From an uncultured delta proteobacterium (GTDB lineage: Bacteria > Desulfobacterota > Binatia > UBA9968): a stretch of 64,000 bases of DNA. The position numbers and the translations under genes were made by a program. Under the pieces are notes generated by a model. That model did not search any database. It worked only from the letters and a program-made list of their open reading frames with translations, and was not told the DNA's origin. Positions within the stretch are counted from its first letter, which is position 1; each line of letters starts with the position of its first letter. Of the stretch, positions 29,695 to 39,211 are shown in pieces. The DNA lies in NCBI GenBank assembly GCA_963728565.1, contig CAVSLC010000013.1:1-64000 (forward strand). Reading direction: 5' to 3'.

Positions 29695-30396
29695 ATGAAA
29701 TCACCTTTAATCAGTTGTATTGTTCCCGTGTTCAACGGTGAGCGGTATCTGGGCGAAGCATTGGAAAGCATCCTGAAGCAGGGCTATCAAACTCTGGAGA
29801 TTATTGTAGTCGACGATGGGTCCACGGACGGAACGGCCGCGGTCATGGATCATTATCCAGGAAAGGTATGTCTCCTGAGGCAGGCGAATGCAGGAACAGC
29901 AGCCGCGCGTAACTTCGGGCTAAACGCAGCGAAGGGCGAATTCGTAGCTTTTCTCGACGCGGACGATTTGTGGCATCCGGCGAAGTTGGAACGACAAATG
30001 GCCCGTTTCCAGACCAGCCCTGAACTAGATTATTGCGTGGCACATGTGCAGAATTTCTGGGTACCAGAACTCATTGAAGAGGAAAGAAGGTTTCGTGATC
30101 ATCGAATCTCGAAGCCGTTACCTGGTTACTCAACCGGGACCCTGTTGGCACGCCGGGAGCTCTTTGACGCCGTAGGCTGGTTCAATGCCACCATTAGGCA
30201 CGCCGATGACACGGAGTGGTTTTTGCGCGCATCCGAACACGGCGCTACCATGGAATTGGTATCCGATGTGCTCCTGTATCGTCGCTTGCATCAAAACAAT
30301 CTCAGCCGTCTTCGAGCATCTAATAGCCGCGACCAATACTTGCAAGTTCTAAAGACTGCGCTCGATCGCCGCCGCCTTAATAAGATGTCAGATTGA
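29695..30396 (+). CDS. Glycosyltransferase family 2 (paralog family A)
   Basis: ISCIVPVFNGERYL, FLDADDLW, QNFWVPEL, RISKPLPGY. Confidence 0.9.
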   Translation: MKSPLISCIVPVFNGERYLGEALESILKQGYQTLEIIVVDDGSTDGTAAVMDHYPGKVCLLRQANAGTAAARNFGLNAAKGEFVAFLDADDLWHPAKLERQMARFQTSPELDYCVAHVQNFWVPELIEEERRFRDHRISKPLPGYSTGTLLARRELFDAVGWFNATIRHADDTEWFLRASEHGATMELVSDVLLYRRLHQNNLSRLRASNSRDQYLQVLKTALDRRRLNKMSD

Positions 30397-30568
30397 AGCA
30401 GAGGAAATGCCGAGAGTTTGTGACTGAAGATCCATGTCAGCTGTTCCTCGGCAAGAGCTTGCGTCGTAGGCTGTCGATGCCGTGCCGACCGTGACATCCG
30501 CCGACGAAAGGGAGTGAGATAAATGCCCCCCGGCGGCATCGTATTCATCGAGCAATAGCTAAAAACAA

Positions 30569-31726
30569 ATGCGAATTCTTTTTTGGTCCGAAACTTTTTG
30601 GCCCCGTGTGGGTGGCGTCGAAAATCTCGCCGCCAGACTACTGCCGGCTTTGCGCGCCCGCGGCTATGAATTCGCCGTGGTCACATGGGAAAACATCGAA
30701 AGCCCTGATGAGATCCGGTATGAGGGCATTCCCGTGTATCGGTTTCCCTTCTTTTTACATAGCCGGGAAGGGAGCCTCGAGCCGCTGATAGAAAATCGCC
30801 GACGGGTGGTTCAGTTGAAGAAAGAGTTTGCTCCCGAGCTGGTTCACATCAACTCCTATGGAGGCAGTGTCCTTTTTCATATGAATACCACCCTGGCCCA
30901 TCCGGCGCCGATGCTGGTCAGTTTGCACCAATCGTTGCCCGAGGGGCCTGTGGGAAGTGAAACGTTGCTTGGGAGAATTTTGCGTGATGCGGATTGGATA
31001 ACGGCGTGCTCGGCCTTCGTGCTGAGCAATGTGCGGCATCTTGTGCCGGAAGTCACTCAACGCTCATCGCTCATCTATAATGCCAGGGAACAGTCATCGT
31101 GCGATTTGACGCCCGTGTCTGTGGATCGTCCGAAAACCATCTTGTGCCTCGGTCGTTTGGTTCATGAGAAAGGATTCGACGTGGCATTGGCGGCGTTTGC
31201 GCGCATCCGCGACCGTTTTCCAGATCTGCGCTTGATCATCGCCGGTGACGGCCCTGAAAGGGCGAGATTACAAGAACAGGCAGTCGAACTTTCGATTGCC
31301 GATCGCGTCCGGTTTCCGGGTTGGGTCGCCCCCGAAGCGGTCCCCGAGTTGATGAATATCGCGGCCATGGTAGTGATACCCTCTCGGTGGCAGGAGCCCT
31401 TCGGGTTGATCGCCTTGGAAGCGGCTTTTTTGGCTAGACCGATTATTGCTACTCGAGTGGGTGGGCTGCCGGAAATCATAGCGCACGAAAAGAGCGGCCT
31501 ACTGGTGGAGCCGGAGAGCAGCGGCGCTCTCGCAGACGCGATGGCATATCTGCTGACGCATCCTGAAGCCGGCGAGCGGATAGGAGAGGCTGCGCGCTCC
31601 CGAGCACGAGAACTTTTCGCGTGGGAGGACTACGTTGATTCTCATGACGTATTATACCGGAAGCTTCTAGTGGAATGGCGGCAGCGAACTTCCGCCGGTC
31701 CCATCAACCCGAAATCTCTCGTATGA
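30569..31726 (+). CDS. Glycosyltransferase family 4 (paralog family B)
   Basis: RILFWSETFWPRVGG, GRLVHEKG, EPFGLIALEA. Confidence 0.9.
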   Translation: MRILFWSETFWPRVGGVENLAARLLPALRARGYEFAVVTWENIESPDEIRYEGIPVYRFPFFLHSREGSLEPLIENRRRVVQLKKEFAPELVHINSYGGSVLFHMNTTLAHPAPMLVSLHQSLPEGPVGSETLLGRILRDADWITACSAFVLSNVRHLVPEVTQRSSLIYNAREQSSCDLTPVSVDRPKTILCLGRLVHEKGFDVALAAFARIRDRFPDLRLIIAGDGPERARLQEQAVELSIADRVRFPGWVAPEAVPELMNIAAMVVIPSRWQEPFGLIALEAAFLARPIIATRVGGLPEIIAHEKSGLLVEPESSGALADAMAYLLTHPEAGERIGEAARSRARELFAWEDYVDSHDVLYRKLLVEWRQRTSAGPINPKSLV

Positions 31727-31751
31727 TGAACCGATCGCTGGGCGGGGTTGC

Positions 31752-32852
31752 ATGTCATTGAAATTCGGCGCCGAGACCAGGGCGCCAAAGTTCGGTGGCG
31801 CGTGCGAGTTCAAGGCGATGCTCGACGCATTCGATGAGGCGTGGAAAGTCCATCCGTCGAAGCGTTGGCAGTCAACCTTCATATTCTCAGGCAAGCGCGT
31901 CCATTTCAGAGTTGTCGGCGCTCAGGCGGCAACAAAATTGACCAGAGCTTTGAGCCACTTGATGATTCCCCGCGGCGCCGAAAGCGCGCAGCTCAAAATT
32001 GACATCTGGGATCAAAGTGAAACATCGATTTCTTGCCCAGTAGAACCGGAACCGGTCGAGAAACATATCTCCGGCTCGACCTGGTATGTTGAATTTGGCT
32101 TGATCTTGGGTTCATCGGAAGATGCCTTTGTTGGTTGCCAGCGACCTAAGCTCCTCACGTGGTTTAATCGTGACACCCGGCACCTCGTCGGCTGCGTTCA
32201 TGCGAGCGACAACCTGCCTCTCTACGATCTCGGTAAACCGCTGCTTTTCCCTCTGTTGTTATGGCACAGCGATCAGAACGTGGAAGTGAGTCATGCCTGC
32301 CTTATTTCCAAGCGCGGACAGGGAGTGCTTTTTGCCGGAAGGGGAGGGGTGGGCAAGTCCACGTCCGCCTTGGCCTGCATTGAAGGCGGTTTTAGCTATC
32401 TTGGCGACGACTACATTGCATTGGAGAGAACCGGAGACGGATCGTTTGCCGGACACAGTCTGTACAGCTCGACTTGGCTCATGGCCGATCATATACCGCG
32501 CTTTCCCAAATTGGTTCCTCACGCGCTGTACGCACCCCGTCCGGAGCAAGAGAAAAGTCTGGTCTTCCTTTCGGATGTTTTTCCCCATCAACTCGCCACG
32601 AGCGTGCCAATTCGAGCAGTGGCCCTCCCTCGGGTAACCGGTGCATCTTCACCGCGGGTGCGGCGAGCCTCCCGAGCCGAGGCGCTTTTTGCGCTGGCCC
32701 CTAAGTCGCTCATCCTGCTTCCTAGCTCGGGCGCGAAGGGCTGGGAAAACCTGGTGCGATTGGCTGAGCGCGTGCCTTCTTTCTGGCTCGAGCTAGGCGA
32801 GAATATGAGTGAAGTCCCGGACCGCATAGAGGAGCTGATCAACCTCGGTTAG
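31752..32852 (+). CDS. HprK-related serine kinase (1)
   Basis: HACL...GVLFAGRGGVGKST (Walker A)...YLGDD, the HPr-kinase C-domain signature. Confidence 0.82.
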   Translation: MSLKFGAETRAPKFGGACEFKAMLDAFDEAWKVHPSKRWQSTFIFSGKRVHFRVVGAQAATKLTRALSHLMIPRGAESAQLKIDIWDQSETSISCPVEPEPVEKHISGSTWYVEFGLILGSSEDAFVGCQRPKLLTWFNRDTRHLVGCVHASDNLPLYDLGKPLLFPLLLWHSDQNVEVSHACLISKRGQGVLFAGRGGVGKSTSALACIEGGFSYLGDDYIALERTGDGSFAGHSLYSSTWLMADHIPRFPKLVPHALYAPRPEQEKSLVFLSDVFPHQLATSVPIRAVALPRVTGASSPRVRRASRAEALFALAPKSLILLPSSGAKGWENLVRLAERVPSFWLELGENMSEVPDRIEELINLG

Positions 32853-32954
32853 CCGTTTTCCTCTCTTTCCAGCTCGTACGTCATACCGACAAAGAATCTG
32901 AGAGCGCCGGGTCCGTCTCTCCAAAGGAAGATCGAGTTCATCATAGTTTTAGTC

Positions 32955-34109
32955 ATGCGAGTCTTATTCTGGTGCGAGCAGTTCTGGCCGAAAATAGGAG
33001 GTATCGAAGTCTGGGGAACAAAGCTACTCCGGGCCTTGCGCGAACGTGGTCATGACTTGGCTGTCGTGGCTTCTCAAGAAACTCCCGCTTCACCCCGTGA
33101 GGAGCGCCACGGTGGAATAGCCGTGTATCGTTTTCCCTTCTGGGAGGCGTTAACCAACCGCAACATGGATCAGTTGGTTGATATCAAACGAGCAGTGGCC
33201 AGAGTAAAGTGCACGTTTGAACCGGCTCTCATCCACCTCAACCTTACCGGTCCGAGCGTCTACTTTCACCTGCAGACGGCCGAAGCACCTGCCGCTCCTC
33301 TACTTGTTTCATTACACCAGCCGCTGGAGAATCAATCCGGCAGCAGGGGCTCGGTGGTTAACCGCATTCTCAGCTCAGCCGATTGGGTAACGGCAGGCTC
33401 TGAAATGGTTCTCACCACCGCGCGCCGATTGGCGCCGGAGATCATTTCGCGTTCTTCCCTGATCTATTTCGGCTTTGATGCACCGGAATTCTCGCCCGAG
33501 CCGCTGCGCTTCGATGAACCTCGGTTGTTGTGCCTCGGGCGTCTCGTCCATGAGAAGGGCTTCGATCTGGTCTTGACCGCGTTTGCCAGCATCACCGAAC
33601 GCTTCCGCTCCCTGCGGCTGATTATCGCCAGTGATGGACCGGCCCGACCGCACTTGGAGCGGCAGGCTCGCGAGCTCGGCCTGGCCGACGCTGTTGATTT
33701 CATCGGCTGGGTCGAATCAAACAAGATGCCGGCATTGTTCAATTCCGCGACCATTGTTGTAATGCCCTCAAGGGTAACGGAAGGCTTCGGCTTTGTTGCT
33801 ATGGAAGCGGCAATGATCGGACGGCCGGTTGTGGCGACCCGGAGCGGAGGCCTTGTCGAGGTAGTAATTGATGGCGCCACCGGATTGCTGGTTGAAAGGG
33901 AAGACAGCCATGCGCTTGCAAGCGCGATTGCGTACCTACTCGATCACCCGGACATAGCGAGAGAAATGGGCCGGATTGCGCGAGCTCGCGCCCTGGCAAC
34001 GTTCAGCTGGGAACAGCATGTTAACGCGTTCGACGATTTATATGGTCAGCTTGTCACTGACGTGCCTCCTGCAACACCTCCGGGGCCGCGGTTGGGAAGG
34101 AAAGAGTGA
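32955..34109 (+). CDS. Glycosyltransferase family 4 (paralog family B)
   Basis: RVLFWCEQFWPKIGG, GRLVHEKG, EGFGFVAMEA. Confidence 0.9.
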   Translation: MRVLFWCEQFWPKIGGIEVWGTKLLRALRERGHDLAVVASQETPASPREERHGGIAVYRFPFWEALTNRNMDQLVDIKRAVARVKCTFEPALIHLNLTGPSVYFHLQTAEAPAAPLLVSLHQPLENQSGSRGSVVNRILSSADWVTAGSEMVLTTARRLAPEIISRSSLIYFGFDAPEFSPEPLRFDEPRLLCLGRLVHEKGFDLVLTAFASITERFRSLRLIIASDGPARPHLERQARELGLADAVDFIGWVESNKMPALFNSATIVVMPSRVTEGFGFVAMEAAMIGRPVVATRSGGLVEVVIDGATGLLVEREDSHALASAIAYLLDHPDIAREMGRIARARALATFSWEQHVNAFDDLYGQLVTDVPPATPPGPRLGRKE

Positions 34110-34116
34110 TTTCGCC

Positions 34117-35238
34117 ATGCGGGTTTTATTCTGGTCCGATCTATTTTGGCCGTACATTGGCGGCAGCGAGATTTTTGCCGCAAAACTTCTCCTCGCTTTG
34201 CGAAATGAACATGAGTTTGTGGTCGTGACGCGGCAGGACAGCCCGGATCTGCCGTTGGAAGATTCATATAGCGGCATCCCGATCTACCGTTTCCCTTTCT
34301 GCACCGCAATGGCCAGCGGCGATCTATCTCAGGTTATTTTGCTGCGGCAACACGTAGCCAAGCTCAAGCGAAGGTTTGCGCCGGATCTGATCCATATACA
34401 TAATTTCGGTCCCAGCATACTATTTCACCTTGAGACAGCCGGCATTCATTCAGCCGCTTCGTTATTCACGGCAACACTAGAAATCTTGCCGGATGCGGAT
34501 ACGCAACCTGACACGCTCATGGGGCGGACTCTCCGCGCGGCCGATTGGATTACTGGCGTATCGTTCGACACGCTGGCGCGGGTGCACCAGCGAGTGCCGG
34601 AGACGGTCTCTCGTTCATCCGTTATTTTCAACGGCTTGGATTGCCCGGCGCTATTGCCGGAGCCCCTCCCGACCGAGAGCCCTCGACTGCTGTGCTTGGG
34701 CCGGCTACAGCGCCAAAAGGGATTCGATATCGCCTTGTCGGCGCTAGCCGCGATTATCGATCGTTTTCCTCACATCCGCTTGACAGTTGCCGGCGACGGA
34801 CCTGAACGGGCAGCTTTGGAGCGCCAAGCCGCCAAGCTGAATCTCACCGGTGCAGTCGACTTTATGGGTTGGGTGCCCCCGGACCAAGTCCCCGAGCTGC
34901 TCAATGAAGCTACCATTGTCCTCATGCCGTCACGGTTTGAGGGCTTCGGCCTGGTTGCACTGGAGGCTGGATGGATGGCCCGTCCGGTGATCGCAGCCCG
35001 AGTAGGAGGCCTTGCCGAAGTGGTAGCCCATGAACAGACTGGCTTACTCATCCAAAGTGAAAGCACCCTGGCGTTAACCGAAGCAATCGCCTTCTTGTTG
35101 TCCCATCCCGAGCAAGCGGCGCAGATGGGTTTGGCGGGACGCCGCCGGGCGCAGGAACTTTTCAGCTGGGAGGTTTGTTTACAATCGTATGATGCTCTCT
35201 ACCGAAAACTCGCCACGTGCCTTCCCGTTTACGAATGA
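34117..35238 (+). CDS. Glycosyltransferase family 4 (paralog family B)
   Basis: MRVLFWSDLFWPYIGG, GRLQRQKG, EGFGLVALEA. Confidence 0.9.
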   Translation: MRVLFWSDLFWPYIGGSEIFAAKLLLALRNEHEFVVVTRQDSPDLPLEDSYSGIPIYRFPFCTAMASGDLSQVILLRQHVAKLKRRFAPDLIHIHNFGPSILFHLETAGIHSAASLFTATLEILPDADTQPDTLMGRTLRAADWITGVSFDTLARVHQRVPETVSRSSVIFNGLDCPALLPEPLPTESPRLLCLGRLQRQKGFDIALSALAAIIDRFPHIRLTVAGDGPERAALERQAAKLNLTGAVDFMGWVPPDQVPELLNEATIVLMPSRFEGFGLVALEAGWMARPVIAARVGGLAEVVAHEQTGLLIQSESTLALTEAIAFLLSHPEQAAQMGLAGRRRAQELFSWEVCLQSYDALYRKLATCLPVYE

Positions 35239-36269
35239 GGGCCGGCATGCGCGAAATGAGAGTCCATGCGGCGATTCTTCTCGGGCTTGCAGCCCTACTG
35301 CTATTGGGATTTACCATAATCTCGAACAATAGCGTTACAACCTGGATCGCTGACGCGAAATACAACGCCAAAATGGCTTGCGAACCCTGCTATCAGGTCG
35401 GGCGCAAAATCCATTCCGCCGTGGTCGTGCCGAGTGAAATATTATCATGGCACTTCTATGTTCTCGTCGGGGGCATATTGCTAGCGGAATGGAGCCAACC
35501 GGTCTACCCACGTCCGCGAATTTTCGGCCCTTCATTGTTGCACGATTCTCTTTGGTTTCTTTTTGACGCCCTATTCGTGGGTATTTTGCTACCAATCTAT
35601 CGCAGGGCGCTTGGCGGGCTTCATAGTTCCTATCTCGGCTTTATGCAAATCGATATTGACCAAGGATTGCCGTTAGCAGCACACATTCTCCTCGCCGTTC
35701 TGGTTTCGGATTTCATCCGCTGGTTTCATCACTTTTTGCGTCACAAAGTTACTCTCTTCTGGTATTTCCATACGGTCCACCACTCGCAACGGGATATGAA
35801 TCTATTCACTGATTTAAGAGTTCATCCCGTGGAGAGGCTGATCGAGGCCGCGGTGAGTTTTATTCCGTTCTTGAGTTTGAGGACGGATATTGCGCTGGCC
35901 TCCTTTGGAGGCTGGTATCTGTTTGGAACCTGGTATGCCCGGTTTTATCACAGCAACGTCAAAACCAATCTCGGCATTCTTCGTTACATCATGGTAACGC
36001 CGCAGTCGCATCGAATTCATCATTCTTGCAGGAAAGATCATCAAGACAAAAACTTCGGCGCCATATTCAGTATCTGGGACCATCTCCTAGGAACTCAGTA
36101 CCGAAAATATGACGAGTACCCGGAGACCGGAATAGATGACGAGAAATTTCCCTATGAGACTGAATTTACCTGGCGGCGAACAATGCGCGCTTTGTTTTTC
36201 CAGCTTGTCTATCCTTTTGAGCTGACCTTCAGATCAGCAGCCGGAATGATTATGCGGAAAGCCGATTAG
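35235..36269 (+). CDS. Sterol desaturase / fatty acid hydroxylase family protein
   Basis: His boxes HHFLRH, HTVHHS, HPVE, HSN, HRIHHS; NFGAIFSIWDHLLGT. Confidence 0.88.
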   Translation: MRAGMREMRVHAAILLGLAALLLLGFTIISNNSVTTWIADAKYNAKMACEPCYQVGRKIHSAVVVPSEILSWHFYVLVGGILLAEWSQPVYPRPRIFGPSLLHDSLWFLFDALFVGILLPIYRRALGGLHSSYLGFMQIDIDQGLPLAAHILLAVLVSDFIRWFHHFLRHKVTLFWYFHTVHHSQRDMNLFTDLRVHPVERLIEAAVSFIPFLSLRTDIALASFGGWYLFGTWYARFYHSNVKTNLGILRYIMVTPQSHRIHHSCRKDHQDKNFGAIFSIWDHLLGTQYRKYDEYPETGIDDEKFPYETEFTWRRTMRALFFQLVYPFELTFRSAAGMIMRKAD

Positions 36270-36351
36270 ACCATTTCCAAAGGCGAGAATTAGTGAACGA
36301 CTGTTGGAGCCAAATTCGTAAAAACCGATTAACGAATCCAAGCCACGATCT

Positions 36352-37623
36352 ATGACGCTCTTCTCACCGGCAGGTTGCAAACGTGTCGAGCTACCGGATG
36401 CCAGAACCTATGAAGCTATCAGGAATTCCCTTGCTGAACACCTCGACAAGGAGGTCCTTCCGTTCTGGATATCTGCCAAGATAAACGATCCGTCTTATGG
36501 CGGGTATGTGCCCTTTCTCGATAAGCGGTTGCTGCCGACCGGAAGAGTGGAAGGGCATGTGATTGTTCAGCTACGCTTACTATATGTGCATGCGGTCGCT
36601 ATCAGTCGGTCGGACGAGTCAAACCTGAGGGCTGAAATGCTGGCACAGTACCGGCGCAGGTTTGCGTTCCTGACAAAGCAATACTGGGATGCCAAAGAGG
36701 GCGGCTTCTTCGATTATTCGTCGGAGAGAAGAGCCACATGTGTCGGTTCTGTAAAACAAACCCAGTCGCAAGTACACGCAATTTATTTTTTGGCTGAGAG
36801 TCATCTCCTCATCGGTCATGAGGAGGCGCTGGAAAAGGCAACAGCCGTATTTTCGCTGATTGATCGTGGCGGCCACGATACGCTCTACGGCGGGTACCTC
36901 GGTTACTATGAGCGATCCCATGATCATCCTGATAACAAAGTGAAGACCTTAGGGATTCAAATGCATATGCTTCTAGCGCTGAGCAAGTTGAACCAAGCCG
37001 CGGCTGAGCAAGTCTACCTCGATCGCGTTCAAGAGCTCGCCAATATCTTGCTGACACGCTTTGAGATACCCGGCTCGGCAGGCAATGCTTACGACTCGCT
37101 TACGCGGGCCTGGCAAGAAATTCCGGCTAATGGCGAACTGGAGACAAAGACGGTGTACGGGCACTCGGCAGAGCTCGTCTGGTACATGCTCGAGAGCGCC
37201 CGGTTACTCGATCATTACGTCGAACCGCTGCGACCATGGCTGACCCGGCTAACTGGCGCGTTACTCGCCAACGGTGTCAGCAGAAGGGGGGCGGTGTACT
37301 GGGCTGGCGCCTATCGTGGCGTGGCACAGAATAGGACGGTCTGGTGGTGGGCACAGGCTGAAATGATGATCGCGCTGCTGCGCGTCTACGAAGCGACCGG
37401 TGATGTGCGACTCTGGAACGCCTTTCACAAGGTAAGGATTTGGGCCTTTCGTCACCTCGTTTGTGGTCATTCCGGCACCTGGGTCGCGTTCATCGATCAT
37501 TGGGGGTTACGGCAGGCCCGTGACCGCGCGGGTAGCCACTGGCAAACCGGCTTTCACGTAACCCGTGCGCTGCTGCAGTGTGAGCAGTCACTCGATCGTT
37601 TGATTGCGCGCAGCAGAGTTTAA
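36352..37623 (+). CDS. AGE-family epimerase/isomerase (second, divergent)
   Basis: EVLPFW, QLRLLY, QMHMLLA, YGHSAE, WWWAQAE, GFHVTR. Confidence 0.85.
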   Translation: MTLFSPAGCKRVELPDARTYEAIRNSLAEHLDKEVLPFWISAKINDPSYGGYVPFLDKRLLPTGRVEGHVIVQLRLLYVHAVAISRSDESNLRAEMLAQYRRRFAFLTKQYWDAKEGGFFDYSSERRATCVGSVKQTQSQVHAIYFLAESHLLIGHEEALEKATAVFSLIDRGGHDTLYGGYLGYYERSHDHPDNKVKTLGIQMHMLLALSKLNQAAAEQVYLDRVQELANILLTRFEIPGSAGNAYDSLTRAWQEIPANGELETKTVYGHSAELVWYMLESARLLDHYVEPLRPWLTRLTGALLANGVSRRGAVYWAGAYRGVAQNRTVWWWAQAEMMIALLRVYEATGDVRLWNAFHKVRIWAFRHLVCGHSGTWVAFIDHWGLRQARDRAGSHWQTGFHVTRALLQCEQSLDRLIARSRV

Positions 37624-37955
37624 CCCGGATTTGCGATTGACAGAAAGCGCGAGGCACAATCCTTCCGCAGCGAAGTCGATGGGGTTCTACTCTGAGCAGA
37701 GATCGCTCAGCGGTGCTTCGAGCGGGATGTTTAAGCCTCATGGCAACGACGTGCGAGAGCGCAAAACCACTTTGAAACTTCACAGTCGGACGCCTTCGAT
37801 GCTCCAGGATTTCACCTCGCTTGCGGCATTTTTAGTTCGACTGCGAATCCGGGTTTAAGCGTGCCGATCCCCGGCATGAAGACACTGTCGATGATGAAGC
37901 CTTGCCAAGGCTTTCGCCCCGGGTGAGATTACCGGACATCTAAGAAAGGCTGGCG

Positions 37956-39209
37956 ATGGGCTTGCTTCGAACATTTGTGATAACAGAAACCCTGCCTTAT
38001 CCGGCGTTGGCAGGCATGGATCTGCGCAATTTGCAGAATATCAACGGGCTCCTTCGCTTCAGTGCCGTCGGCGTCTTCGGGTTGAACTCGAATGATGCTC
38101 GAAGCAAGAAGATGCCGCCGGCAAGTCTAGCCTTCTGGCGTGCATCGACGGATGGCGCTCTTACTTACCCTCTGCCGCAAAAAAAACTGGCGGCACGCGC
38201 CTGGCTCTTGGATCCGGCGGGGCATCCGTCGGACCTCTACTATTCGGCTACGGCGGCAACGGAGGTCATCGACTTAGTCGAGAGTTTTCGGCCGGATTTG
38301 ATCATAGTGGAAGGACTGTGGCTGCACCGCTACATTCCGATCCTCAAACGGCATTGTCGTCGAATTGTGCTGGACCTTCATGCCGTCGAAGCAGTTATGA
38401 GCAGAGACATCGCAAGCTCGACTCCGGGCAACGACTTGAAGGCGAGGCTTCTTCGAGAAGTTCTGCCGGCGCGGGTAAAGCTCCTCGAACATCAGGCTGC
38501 CAATGCCGTAGATCAGATTTGGGTTTGCAGTTGCGAAGACGCGCGCTTGATGCAAGAGGTCCACGATCCGTCCGCGCCGATTCATGTCATACCCAATACC
38601 GTGAATCTCGATAACTATGCATCGGCGCGAACCGCCAGGTATCGCTGCTCCGAATCGGTGGCTCCGAATCGGAGAACCGTTATTTTCCCGGCTATCTTTC
38701 GATGGCAGCCGAATGCCGAGGCGGCAAATTTTTTGATCGGGAAGGTTTTTCCCCAACTCGCCACAGTGTTTCCGGATTGTCAATTATTACTGGTCGGCGC
38801 CGACCCGACGGCTTCTATGAAGGCGGCAGCCGAGCGAGACCCGCGGATTGTTGTCACCGGCCTAGTGCCGGATGTGATGCCTTTTCTTGCCGTGGGTACG
38901 GTCATGGCAGTCCCATTGTCTCAAGGAGGCGGAACCCGGCTTAAAATTCTGGAGGGGTTCGCTGCGGAAGTACCCATCGTGACGACCCGAAAGGGAGTCG
39001 AAGGAATCAGTGTAGAGAACGGGAGACACGTCCTGCTCGCCGAGAGTGCCGAGGAATTCGTCGGGGCGATAAAGCGGATTTGGACGGAAGAGGGCCTTGC
39101 AAAACATTTGGCAACCAACGGCTTGGACTTGGTGACACGCGCCTATTCATGGAACGCGAGCAGCCGGAGAATAATGCGGGCCGTTACGGCACTCGAATTG
39201 GGAGAGTAA
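37956..39209 (+). CDS. Glycosyltransferase family 4 (divergent, GGGTRLKILE type)
   Basis: WQPNAEA, GGGTRLKILEGFA, GVEGI. Confidence 0.88.
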   Translation: MGLLRTFVITETLPYPALAGMDLRNLQNINGLLRFSAVGVFGLNSNDARSKKMPPASLAFWRASTDGALTYPLPQKKLAARAWLLDPAGHPSDLYYSATAATEVIDLVESFRPDLIIVEGLWLHRYIPILKRHCRRIVLDLHAVEAVMSRDIASSTPGNDLKARLLREVLPARVKLLEHQAANAVDQIWVCSCEDARLMQEVHDPSAPIHVIPNTVNLDNYASARTARYRCSESVAPNRRTVIFPAIFRWQPNAEAANFLIGKVFPQLATVFPDCQLLLVGADPTASMKAAAERDPRIVVTGLVPDVMPFLAVGTVMAVPLSQGGGTRLKILEGFAAEVPIVTTRKGVEGISVENGRHVLLAESAEEFVGAIKRIWTEEGLAKHLATNGLDLVTRAYSWNASSRRIMRAVTALELGE

Positions 39210-39211
39210 CT

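Noticed and set aside
37637-37660. TTGACA...CACAAT promoter
   Set aside because: The spacer is only 12 nt.
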